Assembly: GCA_964016885.1 (NCBI GenBank)
Contig: OZ024740.1
Location: 275,900,001 to 275,964,000, forward strand
Length of the DNA: 64,000 nt
DNA from: Eledone cirrhosa
Taxonomy: Eukaryota
Reading direction: 5' to 3'
The notes under the pieces are model-generated. The model worked only from the letters and a program-made list of their open reading frames with translations. It was not told the origin of the DNA and did not search any database. Below are positions 26,184-40,305 of this stretch, in pieces. Numbering within the stretch: position 1 is the first letter of the stretch; every line of letters starts with the position of its first letter. The translations under genes and the position numbers were made by a program.

Positions 26184-27347
26184 CTAGCAGAATGGCCCGG
26201 CGTTGCTCGGGATTTGCTATAGGGTTCTTATATATTTGATATATATTTATCCTTATCGAACCTCGTGAAATAAATACGTTTGTTTATATTTTGTTATTGT
26301 GTATGCAAAAATATCTGTCCATAAATATATAATTATATATATATATATATATTAAGAGACTCACTCAGATGGTGGATGGGTGCTACACGAGAATGCTGAG
26401 GATGGCTCTGAACATTAATCAGTATACACTGAGGATGAAAAACTCAGAGCTGTATGGGAGCATTCCAAAAGTCAGCTCAAAAGTGACACAGAGGAGACTG
26501 AGGTTGGCTGGACATGCTCACCGACATCCAGAGTTGACATTGCACTCAGTGCTCCTTTGGGAGCCCCTACATGGACACACTAGAAGAGGAAGACCAAGGT
26601 TAACATATGTTGATGCCCTAAGGACAGACACTGGTCTGTTGGAGATGCAGGATATGGCAGCGATAATGAGGGACAGAGACCGCTCGAGAGAACTCGTCCA
26701 TGGATCTCGGGAATTTTACCCGCCTTAGATAGATAGATATATATTAAAATAACAGACTAAAGTTTAAGCAAAGAATCACTGCTTTCACCCTTAACGGGAT
26801 ATTCTACCTAAAAGCAGTATGCAGTACACTAAGACTAATTGATGTAATCTTTGGCCTTGTTTGTTTATATTTTGTTTTTGTGTATGCAAAAATATTTGTA
26901 CACGAATATCTATATTAATGTTTAAGCAAAGAATCGCTGCTTTCAACCTTAACGGGATCTTCTTAAACTAAAAAAATCAATCTGGAAAACAGGAAGACGA
27001 TACTTTGGTTCGTGAAGACGTTCCCTGGCATAAGAATATATACACACACACACACTGATCGCGTCATAATGACGTAATGCAGACAGTCAGGCATACAGAC
27101 AGATATTATGAAGGCGCGACGTCATATCTATGTATCTATCTAAAAAGAGAAAGACTAAGAGAAAGAGAAAGAGATCGCTAAATCGCCTAATGCGGTCCCT
27201 AGGGCATTGAAAATTTGAAATTTTTTTGCTCAAAACACTTCCGGGGTCATACGAGTTACATGTATAAAGTTTGAAAAAAACCGGTTGGGTACTTCTCGAG
27301 TTTTAGGGAAACAGACACACAGACATCCTCTGTTTTATATATATAGA
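26184..27347 (-). mobile_element. Non-autonomous Helitron with nested family B fragments and an RTE-like LINE end
   Basis: Minus 5' TCTATATATATAAAACAGAGGATGTCTG at 27347; 3' CCCGAGCAACGCCGGG...CTAG at 26184; inserted between A and T. Confidence 0.8.
26355..26740 (+). mobile_element. RTE-like LINE ORF2 C-terminus with (TAGA)n tail
   Basis: DGCYTRMLRMALN...RRLRLAGHAHRH...LLWEPLHG..RRGRPRLTYVD, stop at 26728. Confidence 0.85.
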
Positions 27348-28916
27348 TTACGGCTCATTACGTTCTGAGTCCAAATTCTGCTGAGGTCAACTTTGCTTTT
27401 CTTCCTTTCAGGAGTTCATATAATAAAGTACCAGTCAAGTACTGATGTCAATTTAATCGACTTTTCCTTCCCCTAAATTACTGTCTTAAATTAGAAATCG
27501 TTATTATTTTCTTTACTGTTATTTGTTTTTGTTGTTGTTAGTGTTATTGCTGTTGCCATTATGATTGCTTTGGATTTTGTCATATTTTTTCTGCTCTGTA
27601 AGCAGGAAAATAATTACTTTTCGATTACACATTTAGGGTGATCTAAATTTTGGTGATCCTTGTTTTTTTTCTGGAAATGACTACAATGGCAAAGCAATGG
27701 TCAGTTCCTTGTATCCTATGCCTCATTTGCAACTATATGCACCTCCTCTCGACCAAAGAAAGATTTTCACAAATGAATAGAAATAGCATAAACCTACTAG
27801 ATGGCATTATGTTTGGTAACTTACTAAAAAGAGGGATGAATGAAAGGTGATGAAACCAACAGAAAGTACTACTACATATACAAAAGGTTGGAATAATTAT
27901 TGCTATAACCTTTAATCAGGGCTGATCTAGGGCTAAGCAAATACAACAATTAATGTGAAGATCAAACCAACAAGAAAGGCCCAACATGATAATTTGAGTT
28001 AATAAGAATAGCAACCATGTCTTCCTCAAACTACATTTTATTATCATAAAACAGGAAAACATTGTGCAATGTAGACCTGGCTATACAAACAGAAGAGATG
28101 GTCACAACTGGAATGCCTGTTATCATAGGTCAGTACAAACAGGGATGACCAGGTGATTAAGCAGCAAGAACACCAAGAAGATCGTAAATTTTCCATCAAT
28201 TTGCATCTATCAGCTTATCTTTCTCCTACATCCCCTCTCCATCCTGCCCCTCGTGCCAGCATTTGCTCTCTGAAATTATTCATGCTCCCACTCTGTTTAC
28301 AGAAATCTACAATAGCTCATATTGTGCAGTAGACTTACATATCTCATTCTGGATAGTGTTTAGAGAATACAACAAGATGCTACATATTTTGAATGCCAGA
28401 AATTCAACAAACGTATGTAACTTAGATTAGAACCCTCAAGAATGTAGAGGGGAACAAGTGTAATGTGATTATGCTAGAATTAGTTGGGTCACTAGGTTTA
28501 GTCCCTAAAAATAATCTGGAACCAGTATGAGAACAACATCAAGCAATGAAGGCTCTACAAAAACATAAGCATTACTTGAAGCTACAAATACATCTTAGAG
28601 AGAAACTAATTACTCTTTGAAATCTTGAAAGAATGAGCAAAATTATTGTGTTGTGTTTCATTTTGCTATCGATGGCTAAGATTTAGTCATTCTTGTCTTA
28701 AAATAACAAACAACATAATAATTTCTAGCATTAAAATTCTTAGAAATAATGTGGATTGGCAGATTTATTAGCATTTTTGGTACCAACACAACCAAAACCA
28801 GCATGAAAGAACCCCTCCCCCCCCCCCCCATTTCAAACAATTCCTCAATAAATTTATTTCTTCCAGCATGATATTATATAAGATCCATATGTTGAATTAT
28901 TATGTTAGGAACAAAA

Positions 28917-29130
28917 GGGCGGTGGATTGGCAGGATCGGTCGAGGGTCTGACGCCATGCTTTGCATAGAGTTACGGCTCTTTATGATCTGAGTTCAAATC
29001 CCGCTAAGTTAACTTTGCCTTTGATCCTTACGGGGTCGATAAAATAAAGTACCAGCTACAACTGGGGGTCGATTTAATCAATTTCAACCTCCTCCAAATA
29101 TTTGGTCTTGTGCCTAAATCAGAACCCATT
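28917..29130 (+). mobile_element. tRNA-derived SINE
   Basis: Consensus match. Confidence 0.88.
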
Positions 29131-29460
29131 ATTACTGTTTTAACTTTCATAAACCATTTCCTGCTTACATCAATTTCAAGATCTTTCTAGTTTGACAGTT
29201 TTTCCTGACCCATTCTGAAAAATTATTTGTTTAGGAGGAAACTAGTTGATTATCAGTGTAGACATTTTTATTCCAATGGTTGATGACAGTCGGAACTATT
29301 TACTTCAACCACGTCGTTAGTCTGGACAAATATATATCCTGATTCTGGCCAGGTTACTGTTATGTCCCATTTTAGGTCCATGTTTGTACTATTTCATAAC
29401 TGTTTTCACATTTAAGTGTCAGCATATTGCCCAGATGAACATAACTGCTGACTTAGATAT

Positions 29461-29661
29461 ATGAGGGGTGGCTGAAGAGTTCATAGACTGACCATGATAC
29501 ACTCATGAAATAACTAAATGAGGTTTATTATTCAACATAGTCACTGGAAAGAAACAATGCAGTTATTAATAAGAAGAGTTGAAATTAATGTATGCAAGAG
29601 TTCGCAGTACTAGCGACACTCCTTTATAGTCACCCTATGAATTTTTCAACCCATTCTCATA
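29461..29661. mobile_element. Mariner-derived MITE; related end at 5310-5400
   Basis: TA-flanked imperfect TIRs GAGGGGTGGCTGAAGAGTTCATAG / CTATGAATTTTTCAACCCATTCTC. Confidence 0.6.
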
Positions 29662-29770
29662 TGTTTGTGAATATATTCAGACTTGGTAAGAAGTGAGTAT
29701 CCAAGACTGAGATGCTCACTTGTTTCATTGTACTAGTTTAACGTCTGTTTTTCATTATTTTATCTTTATA

Positions 29771-29962
29771 AGGGCGGTGGATTGGTAGTATCAGTAGAGG
29801 GTCGGGTGACATGCTTTGCAGCATGGAGTTATGCCTCTTTACGGTCTGAGTTCAAATCCTGCCGAGGTTAACTTTGCCTTTCATCCTTACGGGGTCGATA
29901 AAATAAAGTACCAGTAATGCACTGGGATAATTGCTGGCCTTGTGCCAAAAGTAAAAACAATT
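29771..29962 (+). mobile_element. tRNA-derived SINE with TSD TTTTATCTTTATAA
   Basis: Consensus match plus duplicated flank. Confidence 0.9.
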
Positions 29963-31003
29963 ATTTTATCTTTATAATTGCTTATGACTTGTGGAGTATT
30001 GACCAGAGAAGAGATTCTCTGTTAATATTTACTTTAACTCTTTAGCATTTAAACTGGCTATATCCAACCAAAATTCTTTCACTTCTTTCTGTTCAAACTG
30101 GTCGTAACTGGTCACTTATACCAATGTTAAGGTATTGTTCTCGAAATAAATAACATCAAAATCTCATAGATTCGATATTATGTGAGCTATTATGTGAGAT
30201 AAAGCCTTCACCATGAACATACAATAGTAAATATATAGTAATGTGAATGCTAAAGGGTTAATATATTTTGGAATTCCATTTTGATTAAAAAAAAAAAAAA
30301 AATTCTATTATTTTGTCTTTATTCAGATCTTTTTATTTAGTGAGGTTAGTCTCCAACATGTACCTTATTGTTTCCTTCCTAAAGAGGTTTTTGTACTGAG
30401 TAAAGTACATTCTATCTACACTATACTTTGGGATCATGACGTCTGAGTGTTGTCGGTAGTTTTCTGTTTTTTGCATCTAAACTTTTCAATTCACTTAACT
30501 TAAACTAATTTTTGATAGAGTTAGAACTGGAGAAAAGAGTAGATAGAATAGTTTGTCTCTCCAGAAGATTTGCCTTCTTATGGACATAGGATTTGTCTTA
30601 ATAATCTTCTCTTTGCCACGTAGTATATGGTTTTCTATTTTAACATGACATGTTCATTTATGTGAAGTGGTTTTGGAATCCACGAGTGCAGTATACTATT
30701 AAATGCATTTTGTTAATCAATCCATTCCATGTGGGGCTTATTTTCTTTCTTTTTTTTTTCATGTTTTCTATAAGTCCAGTTCTCATTGTAGCTACTCTTT
30801 AGAGACATACATCCCTGTTCCGTATCCTTTCCGCTCCTTTGGTGATACAAATAACAAGTTTCTTGTAGAGTGCCAACGTAACGGATTTGTACGTTTCTGG
30901 CAACCCTGTATTTTGATAAGGGTCTTTCTGGTATTTTTGTTTTAGTGTATAGTTGTTCCTCTCTGCAGCAGTTATTCAGGCCATTGATTGCATACTCATA
31001 GAT

Positions 31004-31309
31004 CAGTCATGGGCAACTTTTTCGAGAAGCAGGCTGCATGAAATATGGTTCATCATCAGGCAGGCTGCAAGCGCTAATTTACATTTTTGCCCACATTAAA
31101 AAGAACAGCGGTAACTCAGGTTATTTTGATTTGTTTCTTCAGAATCCATACACGTTGTTTCCTCGATCGTAGAAATGATAGAAAGATAAATTATGACTGA
31201 ATGCTTGGAGTAAAAAAATCAGAAAGATTTCAGTTAGGTGACTTAGCGAGCCATTCAGAAAACTTCGCGGGCCACATGCGGCCAGTGGGCAGCAGTTTGC
31301 CCATGACTG
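31004..31309. mobile_element. hAT-superfamily MITE
   Basis: TIRs CAGTCATGGGCAA / TTGCCCATGACTG; perfect 8-bp TSD TCATAGAT (30996-31003 and 31310-31317). Confidence 0.92.
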
Positions 31310-32339
31310 TCATAGATACTTTAATCAGAAACCTTATCATTCTTAGAGTTTTTCCAATGTCTTGTAGTTCCTTACTGGCTACAACAAGTCATGCTTGGTG
31401 TGTTATTTGTTACCCTCTTCATTTCCAATCTATTGTGTTTTTTATTGTGGTGGATGTTTTCCTTCTATATCACTACCACACAGTATACTTGAATTTCTGA
31501 TGATATTGGTTTATCCTCCATTGCAGCAATTTTCATTAACGTTCCTGTAAAATAGTTTGATATTTGATTCAATTATCTTGTTTCATGGAAGAAATGTTCC
31601 AGTGTTTTCCAAAAACAAATGATCTCCCGTGCTTTTGCTTACATAGCTTTTAAAGCTTTTTTTCATTTCTATGGTGTCATCTTTTTGGTATTGATATTAT
31701 ATTCAATTACTTTTGTTCTTTTTAACTTTTATTTTTCATTGAGTAGGTTTTTACCAATTTGTTTAGTATGGTTAAGCATTTTCTTGTTAAAATTCTATAT
31801 AGTATATATTTGTTCCTTCTTTTTGTATGTATATATATATAAGGGACCAAAGAAAAGGCCAATTAGACTGTAGTTAAAGAGCTGAGGCCCAGTTGCCACA
31901 TGTGTGTTAGTAAAGGCTGCTTAAAAGCCTTCTACGTCTAAAAAAAAATAAGAAAAAAAGGGTGATACAGAGCTCAGAGGTGGAGACAAATAGAGGCCCA
32001 TGAGGGGAACATCATGAATACATCTACTGAAACTGCTGTTTCCACAGCATCATTGGTCACAGTCTGCAGATAACCAAAATGGACACAACAAAAAGGGGGA
32101 AGGCTATATTCTCTACCATCAACTGCAATGGCTGACGTGATAAGAAACCAGGATACGGGGAGTTCTCCTCCAGCACAGGGATGGCATGAAGTTCTCAGCA
32201 ATCATGATATGGAAGGAGATGGATGCTGGAAAAAAGGTCAAGAAAAGCTGGAAGTCACTGTGGACAATAGAAAGATAAAGAAAGTGACTTAAAATAAGTA
32301 AGTTAACAACAAACGAAACTCCCACGAAAGGGTGCCGAT

Positions 32340-32684
32340 AGGAGCGGATTTACTGGGAGGGGGGGGGGGGGGGGGGGGGCAAAGGGGGTAATTTTCCCGG
32401 GCCCCATGCAGTGAGGGCGCGGACCCACTAACAACGGCCGTAGCAATTTATTTGTGCCCTCAGCTGGGCTTTTTAGTTTTAGGATGGTTAGAGATTTTGA
32501 ATTTAATACCTGTATGTATAACCTTCCAATTCCAAATACCTGTGCCAAGCTAACTTTGTAGATTTGGGGGATTGCTATCTATTCTATGTTTCTTATTTTT
32601 GTGTGTGTATGAGCCCCCCCCCCCCCCCCCCCCCAAAAAAAAACTGATGTATCTCGAGCCACCCAAGGTCTAAATCCAACCCTG
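32340..32684. mobile_element. Probable degenerate hAT-like MITE
   Basis: Ends AGGAGCGGATTTA / TAAATCCAACCCTG; TSD not resolved. Confidence 0.45.
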
Positions 32685-32954
32685 GCTGCTGGTCCACAAG
32701 GATTACCCTAGTTGTATTTACAGAGAGATGAGGGCACTAATAATCTACCAACAACTAAATTTAAGTTACCAAAAATAAGCAAAAAGTCTTCTTACTTTGA
32801 AGAAACTAGATTGTCAAGGAAGTTTGGAGAAGAATACGAATAGAATTGCGTAGTGCCCTAATTTGTGTAGCTTTTCAACTATATTACTGGGTTTCCCTTA
32901 TTTGTTTTATCTACGAAATGTTTACTATGTTTACTATGTTTAATATATTGTATT

Positions 32955-35392
32955 TGGATTGGCAGTATCGGTAGAGAGTCAGACGCCATGCTTTGACGCA
33001 TAGAGTTACGGCCCTTGCCATTCTGAGTTCAAATCCCGTCGTGGTTAACTTTGCCTTTCATCCTTACGGGAAAATAAAGTACCATTAATACGCTGGGTAA
33101 TTGCTGGCCTTGTGCCAAAAGTAGAAACATTTATGTTTTCTGCTATCTCTCTGTTGAAGGATTGAAGTAACGTGCAAGAAATACGACTGCGCTGGTATAG
33201 ACATGCACGGAAGACGATCGCTGTTTAAAAAAGTACAATGAAATCTGAATGATGGAAACTCACGGTGGAGGCAGATCCAGGAAAATATGGCTATGTTGTA
33301 AAATAATGAATAAATCAACTTGTATATTTCCTCTATTACAAGTATCACTAACTCAGAATGAGATATGTACATCTCCCTTTGTTCTTTAATTACTATTTTT
33401 ATAGTATGTATAGACCATTCTGATGATCAGTTTAATTAGTTGACCTCGGAATCGTGAACACCCGTGGCTTCGCAGACGATCATTATTAATTCGACATTGG
33501 GTTAGCACAACTGCTCTAGTTAGCGGAGCAATCTACGAAAATGAAAGTGTGACGAGCCGCATATATTCTAGCTATTAGAAAAAACAAAATAAATGCTTCA
33601 CCTTCGAAAGAGGGATGATTCAAGAAGGAGAAGAAGAATAGAAGGCCATTGAGGCCAATAATAAACGACCCAGGAAAGATGAAAGACAATCACAGAGTAA
33701 CAAGATACGTAACTAAAAAAGGTAATAGATTTTTCATTTGTTCTACAAACTCTGCCGTCCACCAGCCTGTTAATAATTTCTTACATTGTTACAATGCCAG
33801 GTGGTGGAAGGAGGGAGCAGTCATACACATCGATACTAGTGCTTGACTTTTGCTTATTTTCTCAGCACCAGATGGGTGAAAGCCAAAGTCGACTTTAGCG
33901 GGATTTGAAATCGGAACTTAGTTACGTAAAACAATTTATTTGACGCTTTAACAATTCTGTCAATCCACCTCCTTCGCCATTATATCAATAATACAAAATA
34001 AGCTTTTCTTGCTTGGTAATAAACATCGGATCTTCTGCAGCTAGAAAATTATTATAAAAATATCCCCCATAGAAGCACAAATATATCTAGTTTTTAATAA
34101 TATGTAACTATTACAAATAACTACAACATATAAACATAGCAAACAACTGTTTTGTCTTCAGGAAAGAAAACACACATTAAAAGAAAGGTTGATGTATCAG
34201 ACACGGGGATAGGGGGAAAAACAAGCAAACCTTTTAAACATAAACTAAACAGAAAATGACATTTTATAAATATTATGTGAAGACGTTGGCAGAGAAAAAG
34301 CCCTACTTGGAGAATACCTGACAAGATTGAAAAAAACGGAAGTGGGTGAATATTGAAAGAAAAACAAATAAAAAATAATCAGCATTGACTTAGTACATCA
34401 CTCAATAGTGCGATATCTTTATCTACGTACAGTGAACCTTTGTCTAACGGAGGCCAATTTCTTCCAGGTTTAACCACAAAAAGAGTAGGGTTATACTCCA
34501 CAACACCAAAAAGCCCATAAGGCATCTGTGCTGCCACGTATCAACACTGGATAGCTGTGGTGCTTCGGGGTCGATAAAATAAAGTACCAGTAATGCACTG
34601 GAATAATTGCTGGCCTTGTGCCAAAAGTAAAAACAATTATTGTTGCTGAAGGTCGGTGAATTGGCAGTCTCGGTAGAGGGTCGGACGCCATGTTTTCCAG
34701 CATAGTTACGTCCCTTTACGGTCTGAGTCCAAATTCCGCCGTGGTTAACTTTGCCTTTCATCCTTGCGGAGTCGACAAAATAAAGTACCAGTAATGCACT
34801 GAGATAATTGCTGACCTTGTGCCAAAAGAAGAAACAATTATTGTTGGTTTAAGGGCTCTGGATTGCTTGTATCGGTAGAGCGTCGGACAACATGATTTGT
34901 GGCATTTAGTTACATGCCTTTACATTCTGGGTTCAAATCCGGCTGAGGTTAGCTTTGCCTTTTATCCCTACGGGCTCGATAAAAATAAAATACCAGTAAC
35001 GCACTGGAGTCAATTTCATCGACATTCCCCTCCCGAGGAACTTTTGGCCTTGTGCCTACCACTATAGTTGCTTAAACCAAGATTAGCCTTCACTGAACAA
35101 AGATATGGTAAATACATTCTAGGTATGTTTATTTTATCTATTTTTTTTTTTTTCAGAGGCATGTAATGTATTTCTGATTACATTATTTAATGCCATTAGG
35201 GCAGTGGATTGGCAGTATCGCTAGAGTGTCAGACACCATGCTTTGCAGCATAGAGTTGTGGCCCTTTACGTTCTCAGTTCAAATCCAGCCGTGATTAACT
35301 TTGCCTTTCATCCTTACGGGGTCGATAAAATAAAGCACCAGTAATACATTGGGGTATTTGCTGGCCTTGTGCCAAAAGTAGAAACAATTATT
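32955..35392. mobile_element. Region with six tRNA-derived SINE copies (32955-33130 +, 33800-33975 -, three in 34565-35060 +, 35198-35392 +)
   Basis: Consensus matches. Confidence 0.85.
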
Positions 35393-36035
35393 TAATGCTA
35401 TTTCTTTATCTTAACTTGACTGTAATTTGAGAGTGAATTAGCTATTATTTCTTGCAGAGTAAATAACAACGTAGAAGAAGCCCTGGCATTTGGTATCTAA
35501 AGAGTTTTTCTTCAATTCTATTATTTAACGCAATAATATATTTGCAACGATACCTTAATATTTTGAGACTTTACCTTTATACCCAGAATCCGGAATTTGC
35601 AAACTCTTGTAATTGCAATGTTTTTGTGAACACATAACACACTATGCCAATGAATTATTTAACAAACAAATAACGATAAAAACAAACAAACGAATGAACA
35701 AAGAAACAACAGCAATTTAAGAAAGTAATAAAACTTAATTGGAAAGATTTAACGAAATGTTTACTCATTTCAAATAACACAGCTATTCTTTCAATACAAT
35801 TTCTTTATTTCTCTCTGATTTTCTATCTGTGAAAGTTTAATTTTCTTTTTCGCTTGTTTTTTTTTTGTCCATAATTTCCAAATGAGCAGACATCGAGGAA
35901 AATCCTTTAAATTAGGATGCAGAAGTAAAAAAAAAAATACAAATAAGAGAAAGTCAGAGACACGTTTTTATTTTTTATATATAAATGAGTGTTTGTATTG
36001 GTGTATGTTTTTGTGTAAGCTTCTTCTTCTCCCCA

Positions 36036-36065
<30 letters not shown>

Positions 36066-36123
<58 letters not shown>

Positions 36124-36321
36124 GTTTATATATATTTATATATATTTATATATATGTTTATATATATTTATATATATTTATATATATAGTTATATATATA
36201 GATATATATATAGATATATATATAGTTATATATATAAATATATAGTTATATATATATATATATCTTATATATATACATATATATATGTATAAATATATGT
36301 ATATATATGAATATATGTGTG

Positions 36322-36359
<38 letters not shown>

Positions 36360-36369
36360 TATATATATA

Positions 36370-36421
<52 letters not shown>

Positions 36422-36450
36422 TTATATATATACATATATATATGTATGTG

Positions 36451-36481
<31 letters not shown>

Positions 36482-36534
36482 ATATGTATGTGTATATATA
36501 TATATGTATATATATATATGTATATATATATGTG

Positions 36535-36611
<77 letters not shown>

Positions 36612-36745
36612 CGAAGGAAATGTGGTAAGGAACCAGGTGGACCATAACGCACCAAAGTACTCAATACTTAGGGTAGTAGAGTGGGTAATAGGAACAAGTA
36701 AGACCCTGACGGCTGAGCTCAAGCCGTTTCGGGGTCTTACTTGTT

Positions 36746-36799
<54 letters not shown>

Positions 36800-36921
36800 T
36801 ATATATATGTATATATATTTTTATATGCATATATATGTCTATATATATGTATGTATATTTTTTAATATATTTATATATATATATATATATTTATACATAA
36901 ATATAAATATATATATATATA

Positions 36922-36990
<69 letters not shown>
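36066..36990. repeat. Long degenerate (TA)n tract hosting a family A fold-back (36610-36749)
   Basis: Family A long arm from AACGAAGGAAATGTGG turns back through the HHR stem III hairpin and ends GTTCCTAT. Confidence 0.9.
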
Positions 36991-36993
<3 letters not shown>

Positions 36994-37326
36994 AATGGAA
37001 ACTATATTTATAAAACCATAATTATTTTATTATATATATTTCAAGGGCAACCAAGGTAGTTTTGGTGCGCTTTCATCAGATAAAATACAAAATTTGTTTA
37101 TAAATGTTCAACATTTATAAAACAAATTTTGTATTTTATCTGATGAAAGCGCACCAAAACTACCTTGGTTGCCCTTGAAATATATATAATGAAATAATTA
37201 TGGTTTTATAAATATAGTTTCCATTGATTAATATATTGAATATTTACTCCAGTAAACTGTTGAGTGCTTTATATCAGTTATAAAACTTTTAAGCTTGTTG
37301 AATTCCAACAAATTAAATAAAACTTC

Positions 37327-37330
<4 letters not shown>
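36994..37330. mobile_element. Family D fold-back with two minimal hammerheads (37024-37086 -, 37133-37195 +)
   Basis: Near-perfect palindrome centred at 37109; AUUUUAU-CUGAUGA-AAGCGCA...UGCCCUU-GAAA-UAUAUA-UA^AU(A/G)AAAU. Confidence 0.85.
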
Positions 37331-37374
<44 letters not shown>

Positions 37375-37384
37375 TACACACACT

Positions 37385-37459
<75 letters not shown>

Positions 37460-37693
37460 GTTTCTACTTTTGGCACAAGGCCATCATTACCCAGTGTATT
37501 ACTGCTACTTTATTTTATCGACCCCGTAAGGATGAAAGGCAAAGTTAATGATATTAGAGAAGAAGAGAGTGAAACAAAGTATTTCAACCCTAAACTTACT
37601 GATACTAATTCAAAGAAATACTCTATCAAGCTAAAATTAGCCAATATGTGAAAAACATGAACAACGCCAAAGAATATAGGATTATAATATATA

Positions 37694-37782
<89 letters not shown>

Positions 37783-37827
37783 ATATGTATATATATGTAT
37801 GTATATATGTATATATATATATATGAA

Positions 37828-38255
37828 TATAAGTATGTATACGTACATACATATATGCGTAGAGACGTACAGTAGTATGTATATATATATACATACATGC
37901 ACACATATATATATGTACGTGTGGGTTTACCGTCTGTACGCATATATCTATGTACGTATACATACTTATATTTAAGTATCAGCCGTACTAAGAGTCAGAA
38001 ATGAAATTTTGTTTCATTCTTTTCCATTTATCGTTTTCGGTACGCCCAGCCGACTAACTCACTCGATATGCAAATTAGGCTGCTCAGCCGTTAATATGTA
38101 TAATGAAATTATATACTTTCAAACGTTCAATCATCTGACAGAAAGGTATATGATGATGACGATAGCTAATAAGCTTGAAACTAGTACATCTTTCCTTTGT
38201 CAGTGTTGAACAAAAGGGCGACGATGGTTGCTAAACACTGTACGGCGTAATTCGG
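37828..38255 (+). mobile_element. Retrozyme-like family F monomer (circularly permuted) with hammerhead at 38152-38190
   Basis: The 3' segment runs directly into the 5' segment; GAUG-aUGACGA-uAGCU..AGCUu-GAAA-CUAG-UA^CAUC. Confidence 0.8.
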
Positions 38256-38359
38256 TTTCCTCATGTGCTTTTTCATAAATACACATGAAGGCGAACTAGC
38301 CAGTTTTAGAATTCCCTTTTTCGGACTATATTACTGTGAGAGCCCTGGTTTTCTGTTGA

Positions 38360-38441
38360 GCTCTGCTGATGAATGATATTCCAACCGTGACCATCTCCAC
38401 TGAAAGTTTTCATGAAATAGTCTTTTAAGACTATACAGAGC
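38360..38441 (+). ncRNA. Canonical type I hammerhead ribozyme (family K, copy 1)
   Basis: GCUCUG-CUGAUGA-AUGA...UCAU-GAAA-UAGUC uuuuaa GACUA-UA^CAGAGC; all three stems and the core are intact. Confidence 0.9.
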
Positions 38442-38988
38442 ATTTGATGTTATTCCAAATTGAAGGATAAGTGTTTCAAACTTTGTTTTATCATGAGTTA
38501 AAGGTCTATAGATTTTTCCATGGATTTTACTAAATTCTGTGGATGAATTTGTATCCTGATTCTCTTTTGAGATGAGTTTGAGTTATTTTTCCTAAATCTT
38601 TCGTTAACTACTTTTCCCATCTTGACGTTATAGTCGCATATATGTTATAGAATGCCGTTAGCTTCTTGCTAAAACAATCTCTATACGTCTCATTTATATT
38701 TATACTCGGATTCTTTTCCTAGAGTGCTTAAACTATCTGTGACTAATCCCGGTTTTTTTCATAAAAACTGTGATAATTATTGCTATTTTGCTGAACTCCT
38801 TGTAGAGTTTTTTTCAGAATGTATTTGACTGCTATTTCTTGTAAATAAACATTCACTTCCATCCTGACGTCACTAGCCCCATTTTTTCCTCATGTGCTTT
38901 TTCATAAATACACATGAAGGCGAACTAGCCAGTTTTAGAATTCCCTTTTTCGGACTATATTACTGTGAGAGCCCTGGTTTTCTGTTGA

Positions 38989-39070
38989 GCTCTGCTGATG
39001 AATGATATTCCAACCGTGACCATCTCCACTGAAAGTTTTCATGAAATAGTCTTTTAAGACTATACAGAGC
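38989..39070 (+). ncRNA. Canonical type I hammerhead ribozyme (family K, copy 2)
   Basis: Identical to 38360-38441. Confidence 0.9.
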
Positions 39071-39320
39071 ATTTGATGTTATTCCAAATTGAAGGATAAG
39101 TGTTTCAAACTTTGTTTTATCATGAGTTAAAGGTCTATAGATTTTTCCATGGATTTTACTAAATTCTGTGGATGAATTTGTATCCTGATTCTCTTTTGAG
39201 ATGAGTTTGAGTTATTTTTCCTAAATCTTTCGTTAACTACTTTTCCCATCTTGACGTTATAGTCGCATATATGTTATAGAATGCCGTTAGCTTCTTGCTA
39301 AAACAATCTCTATACGTCTC

Positions 39321-39369
<49 letters not shown>

Positions 39370-39551
39370 TATATATATATATATGTAATTATATATGTAT
39401 ATATATATATGTATATGTATATGTATATATGTATGTATATATGTATATATATATGTATATATGTATGTATAAATATGTATATGTATATATATATATGTAT
39501 ATGTATATATATATGTATATATATATGCATATATATGTATGTATAAATATG

Positions 39552-39598
<47 letters not shown>

Positions 39599-39601
39599 AT
39601 A

Positions 39602-39671
<70 letters not shown>

Positions 39672-39677
<6 letters not shown>

Positions 39678-40305
39678 ATGTATACGTACATACATATATG
39701 TATACAGATGTACAGTAGTATGTATATACATACATAGATGCACACATATATATGTACGTATGGTTTTACCGAACATTTATTATAATGTTCGGTTTGTTTG
39801 TAAACAAACACCCCGAATTAAGCCGTACAGTGTTCAGCAACAATCGTTGCCCTTTTGTTCAACACTGACAAAGGAACGATGAACTAGTTTCTAGCTTATT
39901 AGCTGTCATCAGCACTGTATACCTTCCTGTCAGTCGATTGAACGTTTGAAAGTATATACTTTCCTTATGCATAAGGAAAGTATATACTTTCAAACGTATA
40001 CGGTGCTGATGGCAGCTAATAAGCTAGAAACTAGTTCATCGTTTCTTTGTCAGTGTTGGACAAAAGGGCAACGATGGTTGCCGAACACTGTACGTCTTAA
40101 TTCGGGCTGTTTGTTTACAAACAAACTGAACATTATAATAAATGTTCGGTAAATCCATACGTACATATATATATAAGTGTGTGTGCATGTATGTATGTAT
40201 ATACATACTACTGTACGTCTGTATACCTATATGTATGTACGTATACATACTTATATTTAAGTATCAGCCGTACTAAGAGTGAGCAATGAAATTTCATTTT
40301 TTTCC

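Larger units (their letters stand above)
38256..39326 (+). mobile_element. Retrozyme-like family K: 1.7 tandem copies of a 629-nt monomer
   Basis: 38261-38698 recurs at 38890-39327 with no differences seen; one HHR per unit; ends in (TA)n; no ORF. Confidence 0.85.
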
